DNA of 64,000 nt, from positions 448,001 to 512,000 of the forward strand of contig CAVSOU010000008.1 of assembly GCA_963729625.1 (NCBI GenBank), written 5' to 3'. Of this stretch, positions 30,198 through 40,965 are shown in pieces. Position 1 is the first letter of the stretch. Each line of letters opens with the position of its first letter. A program made the position numbers and the translations under genes. The notes beneath the pieces were generated by a model, which had not been told where the DNA came from, searched no databases, and saw only the letters and a list, made by a program, of their open reading frames with translations. The DNA is from an uncultured bacterium (GTDB lineage Bacteria; Chloroflexota; UBA5177; JANWHV01).

Positions 30198-31403
30198 GTG
30201 CTCCGCCGCGCATGGCAGAGCACGGCTGGGAAGAGGGCAGGAGTGCTGAGACGGTGGTGGCCGCGGAATAGCGAGCGCGAATGGGCGCTTATCCTTGTCG
30301 GCTTCTTCTTCATGCAGTCCGGCTGGGCTACCTACTCGGCCCTCTTCACGAACTTTGTCTCGCAGGATCTGCACATCCATCCCAGCCAGCTAGGACTCGT
30401 TGAGTCTCTGCGCGAAGTGCCCGGCTTTCTCACCGTGGTGCTGGCCGCCGTGACTGTGCGCATGCGCGAATCTCGGGTTACCGCGCTGGCGCTCCTGATT
30501 CTGGGTATCGGCCTCATGGGCTACTCGGCCGCGAATAGCCTGGCCACGCTGATTGCCATCACGATGTTCGGCAGCATCGGCTTCCATCTGTTTATGCCGC
30601 TCAGCTCCGGCCTTGTTCTGGCGCAAGCTGGCGAGCACAACCGCGGCAGGCGGATGGGTCAAAGCGGCACCGTCGGCGCTGTTGGCACACTGGTGGGGAC
30701 AGGGCTGGTGCTCGCGCTCGTCATCCCACTCGGTCTGCGCGGCAGCTTCATTCCCGCCGGCGCGTTGGTGCTGGTAGGCGCATTCTGCCTCTGGCTCCTC
30801 CACGATCGAGAAGCTGCACCGCGGATCAGCATTATTTTCCGGCGGCGCTACCTGACGTACTATCTGCTCACCATGCTGGACGGCAGCCGGCGCCAGATAT
30901 TCGGTACGTTTGCCGTGTTCCTGCTGGTCCGCAACTATCACGTCAGCGTGCAGACCATCGCAATTCTTCTGCTGTTTAACACCGTCGTCACCATGATCTG
31001 CGCCATGCCTATCGGCTTGCTGATCGACGCATACGGCGAGCGAACGGTGCTGGTAGGCAACTACTTCGCTCTGGTAGTCCTGTTCTCCGGCTATGCGCTG
31101 GTCCACACGGTCGCGCTGCTCGGCGTTCTGTTCTGTATCGACAACATGCTGTTCTGTTGTGGCGCGGCCATCACCACCTACCTGGGCAAGATCGCGCCAC
31201 GCAGCGAGATGACGCCGACCCTGGCCATGGGCGGCACCGCCAATCACATCGCGGCGGTGGGCGTGCCCGTGCTTGGCGGCATGCTCTGGGACCAGTTTGG
31301 CTATCAGGTCACGTTCTTTGCCGGTGCGGCAACCTGTATCCTGTCAATTCTGGTATCACTGGCCGTTCGCCTGCCCGCACGCGGTGATCCGAAGGCGGCA
31401 TAG
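30198..31403 (+). CDS. MFS transporter
   Basis: About 12 hydrophobic helices; ESLREVPG; LIDAYGER loop; start uncertain. Confidence 0.85.
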   Translation: MLRRAWQSTAGKRAGVLRRWWPRNSEREWALILVGFFFMQSGWATYSALFTNFVSQDLHIHPSQLGLVESLREVPGFLTVVLAAVTVRMRESRVTALALLILGIGLMGYSAANSLATLIAITMFGSIGFHLFMPLSSGLVLAQAGEHNRGRRMGQSGTVGAVGTLVGTGLVLALVIPLGLRGSFIPAGALVLVGAFCLWLLHDREAAPRISIIFRRRYLTYYLLTMLDGSRRQIFGTFAVFLLVRNYHVSVQTIAILLLFNTVVTMICAMPIGLLIDAYGERTVLVGNYFALVVLFSGYALVHTVALLGVLFCIDNMLFCCGAAITTYLGKIAPRSEMTPTLAMGGTANHIAAVGVPVLGGMLWDQFGYQVTFFAGAATCILSILVSLAVRLPARGDPKAA

Positions 31404-31533
31404 GACGGATTCAATGCGACAACACTGCGGTCTGGCAGGTGAACACATGGTGGTTGCTGAGGTTCCGCGCTATCCTTCAGACAGAACAGTACGTCGGTCT
31501 CGCGTTTTCGGCAGAGGGACCGGATAGACAGAG

Positions 31534-32574
31534 ATGGACACAAATAACACGACCCGGCCACAGGAGTATCATTCCATTCGCCCGGCAATGCCAATGGTAG
31601 TGACTGACTTCTCCGGCTTTGAGCCGCCGGACATCGATCGGCTTTATCAGGCGCTGGGCCGCGACCGTGTTCTGTCCGTGGGTAAGCGCGAAGCGCTCTA
31701 CGCCGCGCTTGAGCAGCACCCCGAGACGGATGTGCTGTGCTCCGGCTGGATACCGGACGATCTCATCTCTCTGGCGCCGAATCTCCGCTGGATTCAGCTC
31801 CCGTCAGCAGGGGCGGACCATCTCTTGCGTAACGGGCTGCCACAATCGCGCTTGCCGCTCGTGATTACGACTTCGAGCGGAATCCATGCGACCCCGATCA
31901 CGGAATACGTGTTTAGCAGCCTTCTTCTTCAATCATGGCACTGGCGCAGACTGCTTGCACTCCAGCGTGATCGCACGTGGCCCGAGGATAGTGAGCGGGA
32001 GGGTCTGCGTGGATACGAGCTGTTCGGCACCACGATCGGCATCGTTGGCCTGGGGCACATCGGCCGCCATATTGCCCATTTGGCTCGGGCCTTTGGCATG
32101 CGTGTCGTTGGCGTGCGGCGTTCGGTTCATGCCGGAGAGACTGATACGGATGTCGATAGACTCTACCCGCCCGAGCAGCTCCGCGAAATGCTGAGCCAGT
32201 GCGACCATGTGGTTATTGCCACACCCAGTACGCCCGAAACGCACCACCTGATCGGAGAAGGAGAACTTCGGGCTATGCGGCCAAATGCCTACGTCGTGAA
32301 CATCGCTCGCGGCGATGTGATCGATGAAGACGCGCTTGTGCGTGCGCTGACGCAGCACTGGATCGGCGGGGCGGGGCTGGACGTCATGGAGCAGGAGCCG
32401 CTGAGCCCGTCCTCGCCGCTGTGGTCGCTGCCCAATGTCTACCTTTCGCCCCATATCTCCGGCGCGACGCGGCGGTACGGTAGCCTGCTCATGGATCTGT
32501 TCCTCGACAATCTTCGCCGCTATCAGGACGGTCAGCCGCTGCTCAACGTGCTGGACCCTCTGCGCGGATACTAA
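31534..32574 (+). CDS. D-2-hydroxyacid dehydrogenase
   Basis: GLGHIG, NIARG, LDVMEQEPL and SPHISG. Confidence 0.93.
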   Translation: MDTNNTTRPQEYHSIRPAMPMVVTDFSGFEPPDIDRLYQALGRDRVLSVGKREALYAALEQHPETDVLCSGWIPDDLISLAPNLRWIQLPSAGADHLLRNGLPQSRLPLVITTSSGIHATPITEYVFSSLLLQSWHWRRLLALQRDRTWPEDSEREGLRGYELFGTTIGIVGLGHIGRHIAHLARAFGMRVVGVRRSVHAGETDTDVDRLYPPEQLREMLSQCDHVVIATPSTPETHHLIGEGELRAMRPNAYVVNIARGDVIDEDALVRALTQHWIGGAGLDVMEQEPLSPSSPLWSLPNVYLSPHISGATRRYGSLLMDLFLDNLRRYQDGQPLLNVLDPLRGY

Positions 32575-32738
32575 TACTCTGGCTGAATGGCGTATACGCC
32601 ACCTGGCGAGACTCCGGTCTTTAGGCCTGACAATTACCCGCATCTGTGGGCAGAGGCATGATGGTCTGTAGAGAAGAGCAGGCCATGGGTAAGGAGACAT
32701 CGCTGAGCGCGCAGGCCCGGGCGCAGTAGGAATTCGGA

Positions 32739-34016
32739 ATGATCGCGGTGGGCGACAAGCGGCGGCATTGGCGGCACGGCCGGATGAGAGTATCGATGGT
32801 ACAGACGGCAGGCCAGCGCTCGCATGCGGAAGACGCGCGACAGGTCCGCGCGCGGGCCGTCAAACAGATCGCGCGCGCCGCGGGTTTCGACGTAGTGGGG
32901 ATCGCTGCCGCAACCCCCTTCGAGGATGCGCGCCGATTTCTACAGGACCGTATTGCAACCGGAGTCTTTTCCGGCCTGACCTGGTTCACGGCGGAGCGCG
33001 CAGGCGTGGCCGCGGATCCCAGCAACTTGCTTCCCGGCGTTCGATCGATCGTTGCCGTGGCGATATGCTACCGCACGATCGAGCCCGAAGCTGGCGGCGA
33101 CGACCAACCGCGTGGCCGGATCGCGCGCTATGCCTGGGCGCGGGACTACCACGCCCTGTTCACGAGTCGCATGGCCGAGGTAGTTGGCGCCATGCAGGAG
33201 CGTTACGGCGGCGGCGAATGCCGAACCCTGGTGGATACTGCCCGGATCGTGGATCGCGCGGCGGCACAACGCGCGGGGACGGGGTGGTATGGGAAAAACA
33301 CCAATATCATCAATCCCACCCTCGGCTCGTGGATCCTGCTGGGTGAGATCCTTACCTCGCTCGACCTGGAGCCCGACCAGCCGCTGCGCAAGCACTGTGG
33401 CACGTGCAGACGCTGCCTCGACGCCTGCCCAACGGGAGCCATCACTGGCCCCTACGAGCTGGACAACAACCGCTGTATCTCATACTTGACCATCGAGCAT
33501 CACGGGCCCATTCCGCGGGAGATGCGTCCACTGATCGGTGACTGGATATTCGGATGTGACATCTGCCAGGAAGTCTGCCCCCCGGCGATGAAGGGAGGGC
33601 TGGCAAATCACCCCAGCTTCCGAGCGCCGGATCTCGACGCGGCGCGGCCGCCGCTCATCCCGCTGCTGCGTATGAGTGCGGAAGAGTTCAGGACCCGGTT
33701 CGCCGGCAGCCCGATCAAGCGCGCAAAGCTCGAGGGACTGCAGCGGAACGTCGCGGTGGCCCTGGGCAACAGCGGCGACCGGCGGGCCGTGCCGGCGCTT
33801 GCCGAGGCGCTCGCCAGTGCAGCGACGCTCGTGCGCGGACACGCGGCCTGGGCCCTGGGCCGGCTGGGCGGGGATCAGGCGATGACCGCGCTACGGCACG
33901 CGCTCGACTCCGAAGGCGATACATGGGTGCGGGAGGAGATCGCGCTGGCACTGGAACGGCCTGTCTGCCCGGATCCGCATTCTATGCCAGCCAGCGGCGT
34001 GCGCTCGCCAGGTTGA
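32739..34016 (+). CDS. queG: Epoxyqueuosine reductase QueG
   Basis: ARYAWARDYH, GWYGKN, CGTCRRCLDACP, CISYLTIE, GCDICQEVCP and C-terminal HEAT repeats; true start may be ~32784-32796. Confidence 0.93.
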   Translation: MIAVGDKRRHWRHGRMRVSMVQTAGQRSHAEDARQVRARAVKQIARAAGFDVVGIAAATPFEDARRFLQDRIATGVFSGLTWFTAERAGVAADPSNLLPGVRSIVAVAICYRTIEPEAGGDDQPRGRIARYAWARDYHALFTSRMAEVVGAMQERYGGGECRTLVDTARIVDRAAAQRAGTGWYGKNTNIINPTLGSWILLGEILTSLDLEPDQPLRKHCGTCRRCLDACPTGAITGPYELDNNRCISYLTIEHHGPIPREMRPLIGDWIFGCDICQEVCPPAMKGGLANHPSFRAPDLDAARPPLIPLLRMSAEEFRTRFAGSPIKRAKLEGLQRNVAVALGNSGDRRAVPALAEALASAATLVRGHAAWALGRLGGDQAMTALRHALDSEGDTWVREEIALALERPVCPDPHSMPASGVRSPG

Positions 34017-34073
34017 GCACCACAGCTTCGGCTGCGGCCTTGTCGGCGATGCGCGGGGGGCTGTCCTTCCTAG

Positions 34074-35821
34074 CCTGGATTATGCGGGAACGAGCAGCTG
34101 AGCCGCAGGGAGGCAGGTTTCAGGCTACGAACCGTTGAGCGTGGTTGATTGCTAGGGTTCGCTCCCTTATGGTCAAGTTCTTAGACGACGACCAACGAGC
34201 GGAGCGAACCCTATGGCTACTCAGTCTGCCACACAGCGCTATCACTTTGCCACCCAGACCGGGTTGGCGCTCGAGGCCCTCTTTGATGGTGGCCGCCTGA
34301 CCAGCGATGGCGGCCTGCCCTGGCTCGCCAAGGCCGACGCGGTGTTGGGACTGTGTGCCGGGCTGGCAGCGAGCCTGCCGGAGCGCCGCCAGCGGCACAT
34401 CCGCTACTCCCTGGAGGGTCTGGTCCGCCAGCGCGTGTTCCAGATTGCCTGCGGGTACGAGGACCAGAACGATGCCAACACCCTGCGCCACGACCCCCTG
34501 CTCAAGATGGTCTGCGGGCGTCTGCCGGAGAGTGGTCCTGCGCTGGCCGGCCAGTCCACCTTCAGCCGCCTGGAGAACAGCGTGGACCGGCAAGCCTGTC
34601 GCCACCTGGCCCACGCCCTCCTGGAGGTGTACCTGGTGGCGAGGGAACAGGACGGCGTGCCTCGGCACATTCTGCTGGACATCGACAGCACGGATGACCC
34701 CACGCACGGGCACCAGGAAGGGGCGGCGTACCACGGGTACTACCGCCAGCACCAGTACTACCCGCTGCTCGTCTTCGATGGCGAGACCGACCAGCTGATC
34801 ACCGCCATCCTGCGCCCGGGCACGGTGCACGGCAGCCGCGGGGTGATTACGGTGCTGCGCGTGCTAGTCCGGGCCTTTCGGCAGCGCTGGCCCGGCGTGC
34901 AGATCGAGATCCGCGCTGACGCAGCGGGCGCCACGCCCCGAATCTACCAGTTCTGCGAGCGCCACCATATCACCTACACCCTGGGTCTGGGCACCAATGC
35001 CCGCCTGGCAGCCCTGGCCGCGCCCCTGCTGGCGCAGGCCCAGGCCCAGCGCGAGGCCACCGCCGCGGAGAAGGTCCGCCTGTGCGGCGAGACCACCTAC
35101 CAGGCCGAGAGTTGGGACCGCGCACGGCGCGTGGTCTACAAGACCGAAGCCCTGGCCAAGGGGCCCAATGTCCGCTTCGTCGTCACCAGCCGCACCGACG
35201 CGCCGACAGACCTCTACGATTGGTATGTCGATCGGGGCACCCCGGAACTGTGGATCAAGGACATCAAGCTCGCCTGCTTCGCCGACCGCCTGAGCGACCA
35301 TCGCTTCTGGGCCAACCAGTGCCGCCTCATCCTGCACGCCACCGCCTATTGGCTCCTCGATACCCTCCGACGCTGGCTGACTGCCCGCGGCCTGCCCCGT
35401 CTGCAGCTCGATACCCTGCGGCTCCAGCTCATCAAGATCGGCGGCCGGGTGCGGGAAGGGCTGCACCGCATCCGCCTGCACCTGGCCAGCAGCCATCCTG
35501 GTCAGGCCCTCTGGAGCCTGCTCGGTGCGCAGCCGCCCGGCCACGCGCCGCCGTTCCTCCGCTAATCCGTCCCGCTGCTGCCGATCGCTGCCGACACCGC
35601 GACTGTCCCTGTCGCGGTACGACCCCTCACGCCGTCCTCCCCGCGCCAACTGCCCCACCAGCGAGCCCAGCCACGCACCGCTGGACGCACGCTGGATCCT
35701 GCCGCCGCACCAGGCCCCCTCTGCATGCCGGCGCACATTACCTCGACGCGATGCGGGCCGCGACGAGCCTCCCCTCAACCTTGCTTAGCTCGCTTCCTTC
35801 AGGGGTCCCGCATAATCCAGG
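34074..35821 (+). mobile_element. IS1380-family insertion sequence (1,748 bp)
   Basis: Perfect 16-bp IRs CCTGGATTATGCGGGA / TCCCGCATAATCCAGG; CTAG duplicated at 34070-34073 and 35822-35825. Confidence 0.93.
34213..35565 (+). CDS. IS1380-family DDE transposase
   Basis: FDGGRLTSDGG, GYEDQND, LDIDSTDDPTHGHQE, IRAD, YVDRG..E..IK and F.ANQ. Confidence 0.95.
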   Translation: MATQSATQRYHFATQTGLALEALFDGGRLTSDGGLPWLAKADAVLGLCAGLAASLPERRQRHIRYSLEGLVRQRVFQIACGYEDQNDANTLRHDPLLKMVCGRLPESGPALAGQSTFSRLENSVDRQACRHLAHALLEVYLVAREQDGVPRHILLDIDSTDDPTHGHQEGAAYHGYYRQHQYYPLLVFDGETDQLITAILRPGTVHGSRGVITVLRVLVRAFRQRWPGVQIEIRADAAGATPRIYQFCERHHITYTLGLGTNARLAALAAPLLAQAQAQREATAAEKVRLCGETTYQAESWDRARRVVYKTEALAKGPNVRFVVTSRTDAPTDLYDWYVDRGTPELWIKDIKLACFADRLSDHRFWANQCRLILHATAYWLLDTLRRWLTARGLPRLQLDTLRLQLIKIGGRVREGLHRIRLHLASSHPGQALWSLLGAQPPGHAPPFLR

Positions 35822-36277
35822 CTAGCGCGGCTCCCATGGAGGAATGGGCTCGTGCGCGATGAAGGAGCGCTGCTCGAAGCGCTCCACCTGTTCGCGAAAC
35901 GTGTTGCCAATAGGAGCCACCCGCCCGGTCTGGTGATCGAACACCGTCTGCACGGTGCGCCCTTCGGCAATCAACCTGCCGCCGCTGCATATGCGGTACT
36001 CATAGGCAAAGCTGCTGCGGCGCATGTGGCTCACGCGCACCCCTACATGCAGGAGGTCGCCCAGCAGGGCGGGCGAGCGGTAGCGACAGATAGCCTCGAC
36101 GATGACCACCTTGATGTCGTCGATAGTCACCGGCTTGCCGGAGACGGTGTGCAAGTACTTGATGCGGGCGATCTCGAAGTAGGTGAAGTAGCTGACGTTG
36201 TTCACGTGACCGAAGGCGTCGAGATCGCTGAAACGCACCTCGATAGGAACGATCAGCTTGAACGGATCGTGTTCCAT
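35822..36277 (-). CDS. Acyl-CoA thioesterase (4HBT hotdog fold)
   Basis: VRFSDLDAFGHVNNVSYFTYFEIAR. Confidence 0.92.
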   Translation of the reverse strand: MEHDPFKLIVPIEVRFSDLDAFGHVNNVSYFTYFEIARIKYLHTVSGKPVTIDDIKVVIVEAICRYRSPALLGDLLHVGVRVSHMRRSSFAYEYRICSGGRLIAEGRTVQTVFDHQTGRVAPIGNTFREQVERFEQRSFIAHEPIPPWEPR

Positions 36278-36287
36278 GCTCGTCAGG

Positions 36288-38762
36288 TCATTTCAGGCGT
36301 AGCAAGAACACGCCGTCCGTCGAGGCAGCGTAGAGTATCTCTGCCGGACCCGGGCGTAGTACCAGGTTGAAAATCGTGCTGGGCATGTGCGTGCCCAGTG
36401 GCGCCCAGCTCGTTCCTCCGTCGACGGTGCCGTAGATACCGCCGCCGCCCGTGCCCAGATACATACGACCAAGCGCGCGATGCTCGGGAAGCAGCGCGTT
36501 AACGGCCACGGTTCCTGGAATGCCGACGGGCTGCGACCAGCGGCCCGTGGTCGAAGCTGCTATCCAGGCGCCGCTTCCCGCGCCGGCGACCAGCCGGGAG
36601 ACCGGCCCATCGAGCCAGGCGAGAGCCGCCACGCCGCCTCCTGCCGCCGGGGCTCCGCCTGCGGCATGCCACGTGCCGGCATCGGTGCCGCCGCTGTAGA
36701 TGCGCCAGGATCCGCGCTCCGTGCCTGCCAGAAACTGTCCATCGCGCGGCGACCAGTAGACGGTGGCAATTCCGTCGTTGCCGCCAGCCATCACCAGATG
36801 CCAGTGGCGGCCATCGTCGGTGCTGCGAAAGATGCCGTCGTCGCCGGCGGTGACCAGAACACGGCCGTGTTGCACCAGAGCCCGCAAGGGGTGGTGGCCG
36901 AATGGGCGAATGAGCGCACCCCAGTGACGGCCCGAGTCGGACGTGCGGTACAAATGCCCGTCTCCAGCAGCGGCAAGCAGGACGTGACCGGCATCCAGCG
37001 AGAGCAGGTTATAGATGGCCAGCTTGTTGAGAGTCGTGCCTGCGTGGAGCCATGTCTGCTGATCGTCCGTGCTCAGCCACACACCCGAACTGGTGCCCGC
37101 CCAGAGCGTATGGCGGTTTCCAGGCTGGAACAGCAGACGATACACCACGACGCCGCGCAGGCCGGCGGGCTCCCACGTGCCGCCAGGGACTGCCAGGGTC
37201 GACGCGGCCACCGGCGACAACGCGGCGGCGATCGGAGGAGCATCGGACCACAGTGCAGCAGTCGCACCGAGCACCAGCACCCCAATCATAGCGTTGGCGC
37301 GGAAAATACTGCCCAACCGATCGAGCGCGGCCAGCGATTCCACGCGCTGCCGCTGTGCCCAGACGCGCTCGACGTAGCCGCGCTGGATCACCAGGTTGTA
37401 GCTGCTCAGCGCGAGCGCGACGACAACGAGGAGTAGCTTGACGAGGAGTGTGTCGCCGTATGCATTGCCGGTGAGGTCGGTTCGCATGCCAACCTGTGCC
37501 TGCGCGGCGAATAGACCGGTGGCGGTCAGGGTGGCGATACCAGCGCCGGTAAGCACGGCATGGCGGCGCGTCAGGCCGAGAAGCAACGGTGCGCGGTGGT
37601 CGAGGTCGACGGTATCCAATACCGGCAGGGCCACGGCGGCGATGTAGAGCATCGACCCGATCCAGGCAGCCGCACCCGCGTTGTGGAGCCAGGACAGCAC
37701 GATCGCGGATAGCGTGATCGTGGGTACCGCCGCGGCATGGCTTCCGGCTGCCAGCAGAAACAGGAAGATCATGGAAAGTACGAGCTGTCCCCCCCGCGGC
37801 GATCCGTTTGCCTGCGGTTGCGCGACGCTGGCGCGAACAGAACGCACCACCGCGTCCGTGCTGACGGACGCCTGCCGTGCGGGTCGGGGAGCGCCCGAGG
37901 ATACTCGCCCGATCTGGATTGCGCCCAGCAGCACGAGCAACGCAGCCCCACGCGTGAGGCCGAGATGGCCGCTGAAGAGACCGGTCACGCTGCCGTTGAG
38001 CGATACTCTGCCTGCGGTCAACAGTTCCGCCGCAGCCAGCAGCCAGCTGAGCACGAGCAGCACAATCAGCAGGCGCGGAAGCAACGAACGGATGCCGTTC
38101 ACGCGCGGCCCGATGGCGGGCAGCCAGGCCTCTTCCCGCGAAATGGCGGCTTGCGCAGACGATCCGCCCAGAGAAGACTCCAGGAAGGCGCCTCCAGCCC
38201 AGGCCAGGGCTACGAGCAGCAGGAGCCAGCGGATAAGCGAGGAAAGGAATGTGACCAGGCGCAGTGTGGTGGCGTGGCGCGCATCCACGCGTGCGGTGAG
38301 GTCTCCCGGTGCGGAGGTGTAGCCGACGGCAAAGTCAAAGGCGCCCACGACCACGCGGCCGTCTGCAGCCGAAACCGAGCTCCAGTAGACTTTGTAGGTA
38401 CCGCCGACACGCGCGCTCAGCCGCACCGTCAGCGACTGTGCATTTGGCGTCTGCACGGGCGCTCCGGTGGTCGCGGCGCCGCCGTCGGGACCGCTGACCC
38501 GTACATCCGATTGGCTGGCGATCAGATCCGTGCTGAACGTCAGGCGGAGGGATGTGGGCATTGTGGGAAGCAAGCTGCCTGGAGCGATGCTGGAGCTTAC
38601 TGCAACGGCCTGCGCGTGCGCACTTTGAGGAGTACCGGCGACAAGCAGCGCGAGCAATGCCACCATCAGGACGATCACGGCGCGGGCGCGAGGGGTCGAC
38701 CCTCTACCGCGGCAGCGCGACGCCGCAACCTGCGCGAGTCGAGCCCTTCTCAGAGGCACCAT
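36288..38762 (-). CDS. CopC-like + CopD + Asp-box beta-propeller fusion
   Basis: LRLTFS...GTYKVYWSSVSAADG (CopC), SHAA...WLH..A...WIG and YG..LLVK (CopD), then S-x-D-x-G-x-x-W repeats. Confidence 0.75.
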   Translation of the reverse strand: MVPLRRARLAQVAASRCRGRGSTPRARAVIVLMVALLALLVAGTPQSAHAQAVAVSSSIAPGSLLPTMPTSLRLTFSTDLIASQSDVRVSGPDGGAATTGAPVQTPNAQSLTVRLSARVGGTYKVYWSSVSAADGRVVVGAFDFAVGYTSAPGDLTARVDARHATTLRLVTFLSSLIRWLLLLVALAWAGGAFLESSLGGSSAQAAISREEAWLPAIGPRVNGIRSLLPRLLIVLLVLSWLLAAAELLTAGRVSLNGSVTGLFSGHLGLTRGAALLVLLGAIQIGRVSSGAPRPARQASVSTDAVVRSVRASVAQPQANGSPRGGQLVLSMIFLFLLAAGSHAAAVPTITLSAIVLSWLHNAGAAAWIGSMLYIAAVALPVLDTVDLDHRAPLLLGLTRRHAVLTGAGIATLTATGLFAAQAQVGMRTDLTGNAYGDTLLVKLLLVVVALALSSYNLVIQRGYVERVWAQRQRVESLAALDRLGSIFRANAMIGVLVLGATAALWSDAPPIAAALSPVAASTLAVPGGTWEPAGLRGVVVYRLLFQPGNRHTLWAGTSSGVWLSTDDQQTWLHAGTTLNKLAIYNLLSLDAGHVLLAAAGDGHLYRTSDSGRHWGALIRPFGHHPLRALVQHGRVLVTAGDDGIFRSTDDGRHWHLVMAGGNDGIATVYWSPRDGQFLAGTERGSWRIYSGGTDAGTWHAAGGAPAAGGGVAALAWLDGPVSRLVAGAGSGAWIAASTTGRWSQPVGIPGTVAVNALLPEHRALGRMYLGTGGGGIYGTVDGGTSWAPLGTHMPSTIFNLVLRPGPAEILYAASTDGVFLLRLK

Positions 38763-38799
38763 ATCCTCCCATGTTGGCGACCCGAGCCAGAGATGTCGT

Positions 38800-40701
38800 T
38801 CAGGATCCTGCACTGAGTGTGAAGCTTGCAGGCACCGTAGTCAACGGTGCCGCCGGCGAGACTGTCACCACTACGTTGCGAGCGCCGGCTGGGATGGTCA
38901 GACTACCGCGGCCGTCGCTCCCTACTTCCATGCGTGTGACGGTGTCCACGGCGGTCGTTCGGTAGACGATGGCTTGAACGATCCAGTGCTCTGCCTCGAT
39001 GTTACCCGTACGCAGCCAGCCCGCGGGCTGCCAGCCTGCGAGCGTGGAATCGCCGTCAAATCCGATTTCGGGCACCTGGATATGCGCGATGGCCATGCCT
39101 TGCGCATTGTACTCGTCGTCGGTCACCTGCTCGAAGCGCACCAAGATAGCTTTGCCGGCGTAAGGAGAGAGATCGACCTGCTCTTGCAACCAGCAATGCT
39201 GCGCGGGCAGCGCGCGTGAGCAACTTGATCCCGTATAGCCGCTGCCGAGGTTGGCGCCGTTGGGATTGGTATTTGTCGTGTACGGGGTGCTCTGCGCGTA
39301 CCACGTCGTGCCGCCGTCCACGGATACTTCGACATACCCATAGTCGTAATCAGGCTCAGTGTCGTACCACAGCCGGTAGTGGAGTGTCGCGTGCCTTACC
39401 GCTCGCAGGTCGAGCGGCGGCAGCGTCAGCGTCGTGTCCACGCTGTCGCCTCGATTGCTCCACCAGAACGCCTGTGGCGCCACGGTGTCGAGCAAGGAGA
39501 CAGTAGGTTGGCCGGCAAAGTGGAGGGTGAGGGAGGAGCCGGTTGTCGGTGCGACCGCTGTGTAAGAAACCGAATACTGGGGCAGCGCCACGGTACGCGA
39601 AAATGGCGCGGTCACGGAGGTATCGGTACTGGCCCGGACACTGGTATGTGTGTAGCCATATTTGCCTCCGGCGATCTTCGTGTCGTTGACGTAGTTGGCG
39701 ACCACCCAATCGGCGAATACGTCGTCCGCACTCTGCTTATACCCGAGCTTGGCCAGCACATCGTCAAACACCACCATGTTGCTGTAATTGTGGTCCGTCA
39801 ATTCTGCTCTGGTAAAGCGAGATCCGCCATAGTGCTCGTAGAGGTAGAGCATCCACAGGAAACCGCCGCCATAGTACTGGCTGTTGATGATCGGCGCCCA
39901 GCGATTGAGCTGCGCGTTAGGCGCGCCGGCCTTGGCGGCGGCAAATCCTTCATCGCCATAGCCGTTCAGCTCCTCCGCAAGCACCGAGTCGCCTTCGTTG
40001 ATCCAGGCTTCGTCGGCAGGATGCAGGTTGAAGTGGATCATGTGCTGCAATTCATGGGCGAGCACGCTATTGTAGCGAGAAGCCCCCGGTGTCACTGCCG
40101 AGAGATTCATGTAGATCATCTTCCGCTCGTTGCTGAACTGATTCACGACATGCGGGAAGAGGTCTTCGCCGGAGAAATAGCCTTCCAGTCTGGGCGACAG
40201 ATAACCATTGAAGATCGTGATGTGCCGATCGTCATCCACGCCGGGCGACCACTCAGGACCGAAGAGCGCGCGGTCCGTTGGATATGAACCGTGCTCGAAC
40301 ACAGCAGCCGACCGGGCAAGCGCCTGCATGTCGACCTTAAGCCCCTGCTGAACATAGAAGTACGCGTGCGCGGTCTTCAACGCCAGTGTGGCCGCCGCCG
40401 TGACGTAGCCATTCTCCGCATTGTTGAGGATGTAGAAGCTGGTCGTCGTGCCTGCCGGATAGTCGGTAGGCACGTGGTTCACATAGGGATCTATAGGAGT
40501 AGTCGTATGCAGCTTGAGGCGTTCGGTGAGTGCGTAGAGGTCGCGAGGCGGCCTGAGCGTGGTGGTGAGCAGGCTGTCGAGCGCTTGCGGGCTCGGCGCC
40601 GCGAAGATAGCTGGGCCGGCGTGCGCGTCCGCCCCCGGCAGGAAGCCCGCGACGAGCATAGAGACGGCAAGGGCAATTCGAATGGAAATGCGGCGGCCCA
40701 T
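38800..40701 (-). CDS. Secreted zinc metalloprotease (immune inhibitor A / M6-M30-like)
   Basis: Signal peptide; AHELQHMIH, WINEG; C-terminal WYDTEPDYDYGYVEVSVDGGTTW and DLSPYAGK. Confidence 0.85.
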   Translation of the reverse strand: MGRRISIRIALAVSMLVAGFLPGADAHAGPAIFAAPSPQALDSLLTTTLRPPRDLYALTERLKLHTTTPIDPYVNHVPTDYPAGTTTSFYILNNAENGYVTAAATLALKTAHAYFYVQQGLKVDMQALARSAAVFEHGSYPTDRALFGPEWSPGVDDDRHITIFNGYLSPRLEGYFSGEDLFPHVVNQFSNERKMIYMNLSAVTPGASRYNSVLAHELQHMIHFNLHPADEAWINEGDSVLAEELNGYGDEGFAAAKAGAPNAQLNRWAPIINSQYYGGGFLWMLYLYEHYGGSRFTRAELTDHNYSNMVVFDDVLAKLGYKQSADDVFADWVVANYVNDTKIAGGKYGYTHTSVRASTDTSVTAPFSRTVALPQYSVSYTAVAPTTGSSLTLHFAGQPTVSLLDTVAPQAFWWSNRGDSVDTTLTLPPLDLRAVRHATLHYRLWYDTEPDYDYGYVEVSVDGGTTWYAQSTPYTTNTNPNGANLGSGYTGSSCSRALPAQHCWLQEQVDLSPYAGKAILVRFEQVTDDEYNAQGMAIAHIQVPEIGFDGDSTLAGWQPAGWLRTGNIEAEHWIVQAIVYRTTAVDTVTRMEVGSDGRGSLTIPAGARNVVVTVSPAAPLTTVPASFTLSAGS

Positions 40702-40965
40702 GTGCGTGGAGAATGTTCCTTCAACGCTCGTATAGGGTACAGGCAAATCGACTGTCGCGCAGCATATCGTTGATGGGAAATGTACCAGGTTGCAGCCCCT
40801 GGGCCGCAGGGGCGAAGGTCCCTTGGCACAAGTCAGCACGGTTTCGTAGCTCGCCTCAGGCATACCGCAGGTATCATGATGAAGTGGCGACGGCTGGGCC
40901 GCGCTGGCCCTCATGAGGGACCGTCCGGCGACTGATAAGGCTCGCGCATCTAAGAGGGAGCGGAG

